64,000 bases of DNA from Octopus sinensis (lineage: Eukaryota): assembly GCF_006345805.1 (NCBI RefSeq), contig NC_043001.1:60636001-60700000 (forward strand). The letters are read 5' to 3'. The notes under the pieces are model-generated. The model worked only from the letters and a program-made list of their open reading frames with translations. It searched no databases and was not told the origin of the DNA. The translations under genes and the position numbers were made by a program. Position 1 is the stretch's first letter, and each line of letters opens with the position of its first letter. Positions 36,241-48,640 of the stretch are shown piece after piece.

Positions 36241-38224
36241 GGTTTATGTTTTTCACTGTTTGATTTGCATAATAGTGGTTTTATCTCTAATTTATATATA
36301 TATATATATACATATATATTGTATATGTATATATATATACATGTATATGTATATATATCTATCTATATATATATATATATTGTATATGTATATATATATA
36401 TACATGTATATGTATGTATATGCATTCACATACATACAATCGTCGGGGTGTAACAGTAGAGAGGGGTGTCAGTATCTAAGTGCTTTAAACCAATCATCTT
36501 TATGCAGCTTCACAGTGAAAGATAGGTTTTTCTCTATGTTTATATTTATTGTGTATTACGCCATTCACAGTTTCCAACGTGCGACTTAGAATAACATGCT
36601 TGTCAAAGCCGATGTTCATGTTTCTTCGATTGATGTGTTTCAGCGCTTCTGTATTTTTAATTAAGATGTGTTAAGTAAAGTGCTTCAATGTCATGTAATA
36701 CATAACACCGATTCAATTTAGTATAGTTACTAGGGGGAACATATATCGACAACGGGGTAACTCAGTGGCGTGAAAGAAAACGATGATGTGTTTCTATGAT
36801 ATCATTACCTCACTGTCAGTGGCGCTTGATAAATTATAATTTGGCATTTTATTATAATACAATAAAATGCCGCATAAAATTAGTTATTTGCAATATTATT
36901 CTACAAACTCATTGATTAAACTATATTATTATAGCTGTTTATATGAGATATCAATATATGGGGCCGGATGTTATCACATTTTGAAAAACATGTAAAAGGA
37001 GACTAATGAAACGCTAACTAAACTGAAACCACTTTTAGGAAATTTGTGAAGAGCATAATGCTGTAACACTATTTCGAGGAAATTGGAGATTGTGAAGGTG
37101 TTCATTTATAAAGACCGTCAATGTATGTAACCAGTGTTCAACGTACTTATAGACAAAATTTACGTATGCAATTTTTCCGTTGACTAAAATGGGATTTCTT
37201 ATATTAAACTTGTTTGTAAACACACCATTGTAAAATGTGTTACAAAATATTTTCGGAAAATTATCAAAAATGGGAAATGATTTACAATAAGTACTAAACA
37301 ATATTTTTCTTCGATTCGATGATGAATTTATTTCAATCAGGCCAAATATGTCACTAGCATATCTTCCTTCAAATGTGAAGCTAATATATAGAGTAAAGGT
37401 ACTATAGATATATTATATAAGTTTGCAACTAAATCCCTGCACGTCATTTTGTCCATCATCCACAGGTTGTATTTACACAAATTCCTTATTTAAAAATGTT
37501 GCATTTTGTAATTTGATAAAAATTAATTTTGAAAGGATTTAACATTCTTGGCACCAGTAAAATTATTATTATAGAAAAAATATGAACCCAAAAGTAAATC
37601 GCTGACACATACTATTCAGAAATTTGGTTTTTCAATCAAAACAACGTAACAAAATTGATTTCCAGCAAAGTGTCATGGACTCAAGATTCAAAAAAGGATA
37701 TATTCGATTTCATCGACTCAAGTTCTTAACTAATGCATTTTTTTTTATCGACAACACATGAATGAAATGATTTGAACTTGGAACATAAAGAGACAATGCA
37801 TAACGATTGTCCATTTTGACAGATGCGCAAACGATTACGACGCTAACGTATGAACAATTTTAAAATTATTATTTAAAGTGAGTAATCGAATCGCATACAG
37901 GTAATGTTTTGATTACCATAATTCTTGTTTTTTCAGAAGTAAAAGTAAATAATGTTACACATTAAATGAAAAGATAATATAAGCACAGAAAAATACATGC
38001 GAATATTAAAAAAATCTATTTACAGTCTAAATTCAAACTGACATTCTATTTCATCTTTAAATGAACATCAGTAACTTTGAGGTACTTTATCGATGAATGA
38101 TGGTAAAATGCCAAAATTTTTTTAACAAATCCTATTACCCTTTACAACAATTTAGCCATTAATGCATGATAACTCTATTACAAATTTATTGAAATGGAAT
38201 ATTCCATGTACACATTGGCTTCAA

Positions 38225-38428
38225 ATTTTGACACAAGGCCAGCAATTTCAGGTGAGAAGGATAGTCGATTATATCACACCAGTATTCAACTAGTATTTAT
38301 TTCATTGCGCTCGAAATGATGAAAGTCAAAGTTGATTTCGGCTGAATTGGAACCCAGAATGTAAAGATGGACGAAATGCCGCTTGTTATCTTACCCGGCG
38401 TGCTAACAATTTTGCTAGCTGGGCAGCC
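38225..38428 (-). mobile_element. Nin-domain-type tRNA SINE, decayed
   Basis: Homologous to the well-preserved copy at 61896-62123. Confidence 0.7.
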
Positions 38429-38449
38429 TTATAGTTGCTATAAATTTTG

Positions 38450-38652
38450 GTTTCAAACTTTGGCACATGGTCAGCATTTATCGTGGATGGGGTTAATCGA
38501 TTACATCAACCACAATGGTTCTTATTTTATCGCCTTGAAAGGATGAAATATAAAGTTGACTTCGTCCGATTTTGAACTTTGAAGGCTAAGACGGACGAAA
38601 TGCCGCTAGGCATATTACCCGGCATGCTAACGATTCTGCCAGCTGACTGCCT
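38450..38652 (-). mobile_element. Nin-domain-type tRNA SINE, second tandem copy
   Basis: gaaaggatgaaatataaagttgacttcg..gacggacgaaatgccgctaggcat..ggcatgctaacgattctgccagct. Confidence 0.7.
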
Positions 38653-38660
38653 TATAATCC

Positions 38661-38746
<86 letters not shown>

Positions 38747-38797
38747 ATACATTTTATAAATACTTTTATTTCATAATAAATCTGCTTATAAATACAG

Positions 38798-38959
38798 TCA
38801 CGGGCATGGCTCTATATTAAGAGGCTTGCTTCCAAACCACAGGATTCCGGGTTCGGTCCCACAGCACAACACCTTGTGCAAGTATCTTCTACTATATCCT
38901 CGGTTGAACAAAAGTCTTGTGTGTAGATTTGGTAGACGGAAACTGAAAAGAATCCGTCC

Positions 38960-38995
<36 letters not shown>

Positions 38996-39175
38996 AAAAT
39001 CTCTGTCCACCACCAACGCTATGACAACTGGTGATTGTGTGTTTAGGTTCCCGTAACTCAGCGACCCGGCTGCGAGAGACCGCCGACAAAATAAATCCTT
39101 GGTGGATTCCTTCGACTATGAACTCTTGAAGCATTTGTTCCAGCATAACCACAGTCTAATGACTGAAACAAGTAT
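38798..39175 (+). mobile_element. Diverged SINE of the 25000-25460 family
   Basis: ccgggttcggtcccac..ggtagacggaaactgaaa..(TA)n..cccgtaactcagcg..ccagcataaccacagtctaatgactgaaacaag. Confidence 0.75.
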
Positions 39176-40084
39176 AATATAGAAGATAAAACCATTAAGA
39201 TTCTGAACACAAAAACCTTAGAATATCTTGCAAGTAAGACATGAGATGAAATTTTATTACCATTGACTTAATTAAATTACCTTCTTCTGTACTCTTAAAA
39301 ATATTAGAATAAACCCAAGGTGGAGTGAAATAAGACAACCTCACACGAGATAACATTGAATTGTAGATCATAAAGCAGCACAGCTAAGGGAATATCAACA
39401 GGAATTTCTCTGACACTGCTATGTATCTTCAACATACTACTTCTTTCCTCTGTAATTGTTGTTCTTTCTTTCTATAACCTATGTATATTAAACTGCGATA
39501 TATAAGCGTGGAGTTTAATTACAAACTATTTTTTGCTTAATGATTGTTAAGCGTGCCTAGATTAGATTCCATGCATTACTTTTCGATCTATTTTTTTCAA
39601 TTCACGAAAGTGAAATAGATGGAAAATTGAACAAAATAAGACAAACTGATTCATGTTTGTGTTAATATCATTATTGATTATAAATATCAGTTGTTGCATG
39701 CTCCCCATATATAAGTGACATTTATGGTTGAGAATTTGAGGTAAAAAAATATGAACCCTTAAGGGAATATTTGCAGCGTGGTGAAAACATTGCATGCCCA
39801 TTTTTATTAATAAGAAAATAAGTAGATTTTTTCTAAGTACATAGTTTAATGACATTAACGATGCAGACGCAGGAAATATTAGAACAGTCATGGCATTTAT
39901 GAGGAAAGAAAGAGTATATAGCTTTAACTCCTTGGAGAGTGAGTAATTATATCTAAGTATAGAGTATTATATATAAACGTATATAAGCGTATAGATATAT
40001 ACGTACATTCATACACAATCGCATACATACATAGATGCAAACATACATACATACCTACATATATATATATATATTATATATATA

Positions 40085-40133
<49 letters not shown>

Positions 40134-40279
40134 TTCATACATGCATACATACATACGCAGCTATAAACAAACTACAAATGTAAGAATTCCAGCTCAGTGA
40201 GACACAGATATGTCTATCACCATTTCAGCTGAGTTTGTGCCAACATAAAAATACACATAAATTAGCTATCCATAACATA

Positions 40280-40311
<32 letters not shown>

Positions 40312-40576
40312 GTATTTATATATGCGTATATTCAATGGAATCCTACATATTCCCCAGAGACAACGTAGCTTTCAGTCTTGGATCTATAGAATATTGCAAT
40401 ATATCTGATTTTGTGAGTGAAATTTTTTACGTATATATGCATGAACGATTGTGTAAGTATATATATATATAACGTAAACATATATACGCGCACGCACACT
40501 CATATTTATATAATTTTATATATTTTTACGTATATATGTATGCTGTTCTGTTTATACATATGAATATGAATATATA

Positions 40577-40615
<39 letters not shown>

Positions 40616-40689
40616 TCATTCATAAATATATATATACACACACATATATATATGTATATATATATATACATACATATAGACATATATCA

Positions 40690-43600
40690 TACATATGGAA
40701 CTACCACCACATAAGGCCACCTCCAACAGATGCAGGATGGCCACCACAGACACCAACACCAACACACACACCACAAAAATATTTCTACTGAATGTAGGAG
40801 GGCTGCTGCGCGGAAACTGTAAAAAGAAAATTTCATTCCTGAGAGACCTTGTGACATGCAATCAAGCTATATGCATGGCACTCACAGAAACGCATCTTGA
40901 ACCCGATATAGGTGATGCAGAAATACACATGCCGCAATATGCAGTCATACGCACAGATAGAAAAGGGAGGAGCCATGGTGGAGTTGCAATGTACATCCGA
41001 GATGACCTCACGCCCCAGGTCCTGCTGTCATATTCAAACTCAGTATGTGAAACTCAAATTGTACACATAAGACAACTGAATATCGTCATATGCACTACAT
41101 ATCGCCCACCAGACGCCCCAAAACACTCAGGCATGTTTGAAGACTGCCTAACAAAAATAGGAGGAGTCCTCACCAACCTTGAACAGCACAACAGTGTATT
41201 CTTCATGGGTGACTTTAACCTCCCCAATGTGGAATGGCCTGGGGAGCAGATGCTCCCAGGGATGACACACCATCAGCAGGCACAGGTGGAGTCCCTGCTC
41301 CATCTCACAAATACCTCTTTCATGGAGCAAATAGTTCTGCAACCAACAAGGGCAGATAATATACTGGATCTCTGCTTTACAAACAATATGGATATTATCC
41401 ATAATGTTAATGTGATGCCGACAATGATCTCGGATCACAACATAATAGAGCTGTCTATGTATGGAACAAAAGCCCCCGCAGACACACAGCCTATACGAAG
41501 CACCCACCATCTCTCCAACTTAAACTTTCATAAAGCCAACTGGAAGTCGATTGAGAAAGAGATCCTCAAACAGGATTGGCCTGAATGTCTCTCCACACCG
41601 GACATAAACATGAAACACAAACACTTCATGTCCATAATACAAGCCATATGTGACAAATATGTCCCAATGTGCAGGGCCAGCACACACAAGAACAAAAACA
41701 GGATCCCTAGAGAAAGGAGGATTCTTATGAGACGACGGACAAGGATTGCAAACCGCCTGAGCAAGCACACCAAAAGTGGTGAGAAGTCTCGGCTCGAAAG
41801 AATGCTAATGGAAACTGAGAAAAGTCTACATCAGTCCCATGAAAAGGAGAGAGCAGATAAAGAAGCTTGGGTAATAGAAAATATAAAATCAAACCCTAAA
41901 GCTTTCTTTAAGTTTGCCAAAGAGACAGCCACAGTGCACCAGAGAATAGGACCTCTCTTCCAAAAAGATGGCTCTCTCACAGGAAATCCCACGAGGATAA
42001 GTGAAATACTGAATGAACAGTTCCAAAGTGTGTTCACTACACCTCTAGGACACAGGAAAGTAAACAACCCAGAAGAATTCTTTGCCACTTTACCAGCGAC
42101 CAAAGAGACAAAAAGTGAGTACATCAACATCGAAGAAGATGATATCACACTAGCCATTGATGAGATTGACACAAACTCAGCTGCTGGACCTGATGGATTC
42201 CCAGCGATCCTTCTCAAATCGTGCAAACGAGCCCTTGCAAAACCGCTACAGCTTCTTTTTCAGAGCTTTCTTGCAAGTGGTAAGCTCCCAGTCAAACTGA
42301 AAGAGGGGGTAATATGCCCTATCCATAAGGGAGGTAGCAGAGCAGATGCTAAAAATTATAGCCCTATCTCTCTGACCTCACACATCAGCAAAGTCATGGA
42401 ACGAATAGTCCGTAAGAAACTAATCATGTTCCTTGAAGAAAATGACTTACTGTCTGACACCCAGCATGGATTTCGACCAGGTAGAGGCTGCCTAACACAG
42501 CTCCTGCAACACTATGACTGGGTGTTGAAACAGCTACTAAATGGCTCAAATGTGGATGTAATATATCTTGACTTTGCAAAAGCCTTTGATAAAGTCGACC
42601 ATGGTATGATCTGTCACAAACTGCGTGGTCTCGGCATAGGCGGGAAACTTGGAGAGTGGCTGCACAACTTCCTAAAAGACAGAAAACAGGCAGTTGTGAG
42701 CAATGGAGCCACCTCCAGGGAAACGCAAATAACAAGCGGTGTCCCACAGGGCACTGTCTTGGGGCCACTGATGTTCATAGTGGCCCTTTCAGACATGCCT
42801 TCAGTTGCTACGATGACCACCCTTGCTAGCTATGCAGATGACACAAAAGTCTCCCACGCAATACAAAACCCTGAAAATATTGCGCATCTGCAACATGAGC
42901 TGGACACAATATACAGGTGGGCTGAGGACAACAACATGCAGTTTAATGCAGGTAAGTTCCAGGCCCTGCGTTACTGGCACACAAAGGTAAATGACGTGAA
43001 GACTGGATACACTGGCCCAGGAAGAATTGCAATCCCTGAGTCAAAATCAGTGCGTGACCTGGGCATTGACATGAGCAATGATGCATCTTTCCAAATGCAT
43101 ATTGCTAATCTGGTGATAAAATGCAGACGGCTAGCTGGATGGATTCTCCGAACTTTCAGAACAAGAGAGAAGGAGACACTGATGGTCCTATGGAAAACAT
43201 TTGTCCTCAGCCGCTTGGACTACTGCTCCCAACTTTGGTCACCACACAATATAAAACAAACAGCAGAACTCGAAGCAACTCAGAGAAGCTACACAAAGAA
43301 AATCGTCTCAATGCAAAATGTCAGCTACTGGGAAAGACTGAAGGTATTAAACCTCTTCTCCGTGGAGCGGAGGCGGGAGAGATATGCAGTGATATACATC
43401 TGGAAAATCCTGGAGGGTCTTGTCCCAAACTTTGGCATTCAAAGTTACTCCAACCGCAGAACGGGGCGCCGCTGCGTGGTGCCAAAGATTCCAACATCAC
43501 CATCAAAATACAGGTCCAGATACTGCAACAGCTTGGGTTTCAGAGGACCACAGCTCTTTAACATCCTCCCTAAATGCCTGAGAGACTTACATGGTGTGGA

Positions 43601-43825
43601 TGTGGGTTTCTTTAAAACTAAACTGGATCTCTTCTTGTTGGGAGTCCCAGATGAACCTACCTCACGACAGGAGACACGGATGCGGGCAGCAGCATCGAAC
43701 TCCCTTGTTGATCAAGTGCCACGTATCAGAGGTGGATTCACAAACTAGTGTAGCTCATTCAGCGGTGGTGCCCCAGCATGGCCGCGGCCTTCGGGCTAAA
43801 ACATTTTTAAGGATTTAAGGATTTA
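40690..43825 (+). mobile_element. CR1-group LINE, 5'-truncated near the ORF1/ORF2 boundary, inserted in (TA)n
   Basis: Intact ORF2, short 3' UTR with stem-loops, (TAAGGATT)n-type tail at about 43807-43824, and (TA)n on both sides. Confidence 0.9.
40695..43748 (+). CDS. LINE ORF2: AP endonuclease + reverse transcriptase (1017 aa)
   Basis: APE motifs N, ETH, YRPP, GDFN, D and SDH. RT motifs PGPDG-like AGPDG, YLDFAKAFDKVDH, GVPQGTVLGP, YADD and RDLG. The C-terminus VPDEP..RAAASNSL is of CR1-group type. Confidence 0.95.
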   Translation: MELPPHKATSNRCRMATTDTNTNTHTTKIFLLNVGGLLRGNCKKKISFLRDLVTCNQAICMALTETHLEPDIGDAEIHMPQYAVIRTDRKGRSHGGVAMYIRDDLTPQVLLSYSNSVCETQIVHIRQLNIVICTTYRPPDAPKHSGMFEDCLTKIGGVLTNLEQHNSVFFMGDFNLPNVEWPGEQMLPGMTHHQQAQVESLLHLTNTSFMEQIVLQPTRADNILDLCFTNNMDIIHNVNVMPTMISDHNIIELSMYGTKAPADTQPIRSTHHLSNLNFHKANWKSIEKEILKQDWPECLSTPDINMKHKHFMSIIQAICDKYVPMCRASTHKNKNRIPRERRILMRRRTRIANRLSKHTKSGEKSRLERMLMETEKSLHQSHEKERADKEAWVIENIKSNPKAFFKFAKETATVHQRIGPLFQKDGSLTGNPTRISEILNEQFQSVFTTPLGHRKVNNPEEFFATLPATKETKSEYINIEEDDITLAIDEIDTNSAAGPDGFPAILLKSCKRALAKPLQLLFQSFLASGKLPVKLKEGVICPIHKGGSRADAKNYSPISLTSHISKVMERIVRKKLIMFLEENDLLSDTQHGFRPGRGCLTQLLQHYDWVLKQLLNGSNVDVIYLDFAKAFDKVDHGMICHKLRGLGIGGKLGEWLHNFLKDRKQAVVSNGATSRETQITSGVPQGTVLGPLMFIVALSDMPSVATMTTLASYADDTKVSHAIQNPENIAHLQHELDTIYRWAEDNNMQFNAGKFQALRYWHTKVNDVKTGYTGPGRIAIPESKSVRDLGIDMSNDASFQMHIANLVIKCRRLAGWILRTFRTREKETLMVLWKTFVLSRLDYCSQLWSPHNIKQTAELEATQRSYTKKIVSMQNVSYWERLKVLNLFSVERRRERYAVIYIWKILEGLVPNFGIQSYSNRRTGRRCVVPKIPTSPSKYRSRYCNSLGFRGPQLFNILPKCLRDLHGVDVGFFKTKLDLFLLGVPDEPTSRQETRMRAAASNSLVDQVPRIRGGFTN

Positions 43826-43827
43826 TA

Positions 43828-43906
<79 letters not shown>

Positions 43907-43987
43907 GTATATATATATATATATATGTGTGTGTTGTGTGTGTGTGTGTTGTGTAACTTCATGCGTATAGGTATATAGATATATATG

Positions 43988-44375
43988 TGGAGGCGCAGTG
44001 GCTCAGTGGTTCGAGTAACGCATTCGTGGTAGTAGGATTGCAGTTTCGATTCACAGACCGGGCGTTTTATATGTTTATTGAGCTAAAACACTTAAACCTC
44101 TACGAAGCTTCGGCAGGGAGCGGTGGTGACCCCTTCTGTAATCTTTCCCCACAACTTTCTCTCTATGTTTCTTCTTGTTTTTGCTGTGCGTGTATTTCCA
44201 CAGCCCAGCCTCGTCACACACTGTGTCACGCTGAATCTCCCCGAGGCTACTTTATGGGTACATGTGTCTGCGGAGTGCTCAGCCACGTGCACGTTAATAT
44301 CACGAGCAGGCTGTTCCGTTGATCGGATCAAGTGGAACCCTTGTCGTCGTAGTAACCGACGGAGGGCCACGCAAC
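43988..44375 (+). mobile_element. tRNA-derived SINE (OR-like); 3' half shared with 9263-9586
   Basis: ggaggcgcagtggctcagtgg..gtttcgattc..ctgtgtcacgctgaatctccccgag..cacgttaatatcacgagcaggctgttccgttgatcgga..gtaaccgacggag. Confidence 0.85.
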
Positions 44376-44444
44376 ATATATATATGTGTGTGTGTGTGCG
44401 TACATGGATTCGTAAATATATATATATATATATATATTTATATC

Positions 44445-45595
44445 TAGACTCCTTCCTCTATTTTGTCAAATCTTTCCATCCTGCCCTCCATTTCTCCTGC
44501 ACTATCTCTGACACCTTTGTTTCCTTTCTGGACATTTCGGTCAGCATTCATCATTCCACTGTGACCAGCTTCATCCACTACAAACACACAGACTCACACT
44601 CATACCTCAACTTCTCCTACTCCCACCCCAAACACACCACGATTTCCATTTCCAATTATTCGGTCTACGCAGGTTCTGTAGTGACGACCATGACTTTGAG
44701 ACTCAGTCTCAACTCATGGTTCGCCACTTCATCCTACGTGGATATCTCCTCACCCCTATCCATACCGCCCTTGCCAGAGCACGCATCTGCTTTCTTCTCC
44801 CCGAACCCGTCCTACAGTCTCCCGCCTCTCTTTTCCCTTCAACTACCACCCCACCAACTTACCTCTCCAACGCACCATTCTCCGAGATTTCCGGCATCTC
44901 CAGTCCGATCCGTCCACTTCACATCTTCCCTAACCAACCCCTCCCTCCTTCAAATGAGCCCACAACCTATGAGACCTCTTGGTCCACAGCTTCTTCCCCA
45001 ACTCTAACTCCCAGCCTGGCTTGTTCCCCTGCTCCCGCCCAGGCTTTCGCACTTGCCCTTACCTCTCCAACACCATCCTCCTCCCCGGCACCCATCATCG
45101 ACCTACCCACATACCCCAACTATACTCCAGCCCTCAGCCGAACTCACACCCCACCCGTGCTTTCCCCACTCTCGCCTCCCCACCTCCCAACAACATCACA
45201 CCACACTACACCATATAACATCACATCACGACACACGACCCACACACCAGCACTAACCAATTCCCATCCCCACATTTTCACACCTATACATACATACATG
45301 CACACGTCCAGACCACCAGCCCTCTTTCACACGCACATATATACTCTCTTATACACTCACGCACCTTCGTATTGGGGACATCTTTACTTTGTTATCTCCC
45401 CCACTTCTTCGCACTCCTGTGTGACCCTTCTGTCCGGCAGTCGCCGTAATAGATCGTTAGCCACTACACACTTTTTTTTCTCTCCTTGTTTTTTTCCGTG
45501 TCCCTTTCTGTAGACGAGCGTAGGCTCGAAGCGTAAAAGACTTTTTGTATTCCTCAGCTTTATACTAATACATCTTTTGTTTTTTCGTAAACTCT
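44445..45595 (+). mobile_element. 5'-truncated Neptune-like PLE (RT thumb + Cys linker, no recognisable GIY-YIG) ending in a degenerate HHR-like motif
   Basis: FHPALHFSCTISDTFVSFLDISV..HYKHTDSHSYLNF..SHPKH, FPCSRPGFRTCPYL, and ctgtagac-gagc-gtag-gctc-gaagc at 45508-45532. Confidence 0.75.
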
Positions 45596-45611
45596 CCCCA
45601 TATATATATAT

Positions 45612-45634
45612 AGATAGATAGATAGATAGATGAT

Positions 45635-45675
<41 letters not shown>

Positions 45676-45726
45676 GGATAGATAGATAGATAGGTAGATA
45701 GATAGGTAGGTAGATAGATAGATAGG

Positions 45727-45815
<89 letters not shown>
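45612..45815 (+). repeat. (GATA)n microsatellite
   Basis: Direct inspection. Confidence 0.95.
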
Positions 45816-45873
45816 GCAATTCTATATATATGTATATATTAAAAAAAACACAAACAAAAACCGTTATATTAAT

Positions 45874-46020
45874 TTCAACATTTAAATTTAATTTGTGTCA
45901 AAATATATTCGTCGCTTTGAGACCGCAACCTTTTCGCTGGCAAAACTTTTGTGTTAGTCAACAGGTCGCGGTTTCAAAGCGACGTAAATATTTTGACACA
46001 AATTAAATTTAAATGTTGAA
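45874..46020. repeat. Fold-back: 58-bp inverted arms around a 31-nt spacer
   Basis: ttcaacatttaaatttaatttgtgtcaaaata..gtcgctttgagaccgcaacct versus aggtcgcggtttcaaagcgac..ttttgacacaaattaaatttaaatgttgaa. Confidence 0.9.
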
Positions 46021-46147
46021 TTCAATCTAATGGTCTTTGCGTGTGTGTTTTTAAATAGCTTATAAGCACCTTCCACGCTGCATCTGTTCTTGCTTCAGCA
46101 CACGACCTCAGATCAAGACAGTTGCTATGCAAGTACATCCCCGTAAT

Positions 46148-46191
<44 letters not shown>

Positions 46192-46394
46192 ATGTAAGTA
46201 TTAAGAATACGAAATTTCACTTTAAAAAAAGAAGTATAATTTATAATCAAACTTGACTCCTGACTAATGTGCTCCAATATATGCGCATATGACGCTTAAT
46301 GTACATTTTTCTGATGAGCGTTCATGTCTGCTTCTGAAAACATAGACGTATTATTTTAAATAAAGTACAAATTACACTGAATAAATAGATGTAT

Positions 46395-46706
46395 TATGAC
46401 GGTACATTCATGCTGTCTCAACATTGCATCGGTGGGATGTGTTGATAGGATGTTCAAATTAAGTTTCCCTAAGGATCCCTTGTGGCAGTCTACAGCATGT
46501 TGGTGGAAGATGGAGTTTGGCTTCCTTTCAATGTAGTTGTCCAGGTGTTCTTTGAACCTATCATTGATGCTTCTAGAAGCCCCACCTATGTATGACTCTG
46601 GGTTAGTCGCGCAAGCTCCCTCCTGGCACTTAATCTGGTATACAGTGCCCTTGGTTTTACAATTTACGTGTGGATTTGTCGAACATACTGCACAATTACT
46701 CTGACA
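46395..46706 (-). pseudogene. Isolated PLE GIY-YIG endonuclease fragment
   Basis: Open frame: [62 protein letters not shown]. Confidence 0.75.
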
Positions 46707-46730
46707 GGTGATTCTATCAAATGGATATGA

Positions 46731-46809
<79 letters not shown>

Positions 46810-46816
46810 GTATATA

Positions 46817-46884
<68 letters not shown>

Positions 46885-46983
46885 CATATATATGCATATA
46901 TATATATATATATATGCATATATATATGTATGTACATATATCTACATATATACACATATACATGTATATATATATATTTATAT

Positions 46984-47709
46984 AAGAGAGAATGAATTGA
47001 CGGCAATCTATCATACAATTTTAAGTTATCTACGGACGCACGTTTCGAAATCAAGTTTTTAGGAAAGCATAAGAATTAAATACTAAATAATTCTACCTTA
47101 CCCAAACTTCTTTTCTCTTCAGCGTAGAATACTATAATCATAAATGATTATATATTGAATTTTGAGATACTAGAAGGCACCAACTCAACTCAGTATCAGA
47201 GCGAGCTAGAATCCGCAACTAGTATCACCAAATTCAAAGTGTGAATGAAAAGATTGTGTCACCAGCCCCTTCCCACCCGCGTGTAGCCAAAACAAGATGC
47301 TGTGGTCATCTACTGAGATAAAATATGGTTATCCGTAATAATGAATGGTGAAATTAATTAATTTGGAATAATTATCAATTACACCAAGTAGTCTTCGGCA
47401 TGTAAAAGCCTCATTCGAGGAAAATTTAAGTAATACTAAGCAATAAAGGGTTTAGCAACGAATTGCCTTACCACAGACCGAATTTAGAAATAGCAGTCAA
47501 AGAGTTATAGCTATTTCTTCTACTAAAAAGGGAGATCTCAGTAAAAACACAGCAATTGGAAGGCAGACACAAACAGGTAAGAGAGAATGAATTGACGGCA
47601 ATCTATCATACAATTTTAAGTTATCTACGGACGCACGTTTCGAAATCAAGTTTTTAGGAAAGCATAAGAATTAAATATTAAATAATTCTACCTTACCCAA
47701 ACTTCTTTT
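46984..47709 (+). repeat. 131-bp direct repeat pair (46984-47114 and 47579-47709)
   Basis: aagagagaatgaattgacggc...cccaaacttctttt, offset 595 bp, one mismatch seen. Confidence 0.9.
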
Positions 47710-47741
47710 ATATATATATATATATAGACAAAGAAACAATT

Positions 47742-47996
<255 letters not shown>

Positions 47997-48284
47997 ATGC
48001 AATTTTACCAACAAAATTCAGTTTTTCATTTTGATACCTATGATAAAAGTGGAACACCATCATCTAATGTAACAAACATAATTATGAATGTCATTGGGAG
48101 CTAAACCTTTTTTTTTTTCTATTGGAATTATAAGAGAGCACGATGCAAAATTTTGTATCTTTTGAAGAGAAATCGCTACAAGTTACATTGAAGTTTTCTT
48201 TAAACAGCCTGATTTCAGTTTACCCGGAACAAACTATAGTATAGATTAATGCATGTAAGATTTCACAGCTGTATTATTATTTCT

Positions 48285-48640
48285 TCATAGTCAGCCTTCT
48301 TCTTCTCATCCTCCTCCTCCTTCTTTTTCCTCTGCTTCATCATCATCATCATTATCTTTATCATCATCGTCTTCTTCGCGGTAATCGTGACCTTAACAGC
48401 CCTAATAATTTTAATCCTGAACAACATCATGAATATGATCATCAACATCTCTATCACATTTAATATTTTCAACAGTACTATTTCTGATAACATTATCAAG
48501 ATCACCATCATTATCATCATCATCGTCGTCGTCGTCGTCGTCATCACCACAATCATCATCCTCATCCTTATCCTCATTATCATCATCATCAGCTGCAGCA
48601 GTATCAGCAGAAACAGCAGTGTCAACAGAAATAGCAGTAC
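48285..48640. repeat. Trinucleotide low-complexity tract (CAT/CTC/CGT/CAG)
   Basis: Direct inspection. Confidence 0.85.

Noticed and set aside
41148-43561. Antisense and alternative-frame ORFs overlapping the LINE ORF2
   Set aside because: These are shadow ORFs of a GC-richer coding region with no recognisable domains.
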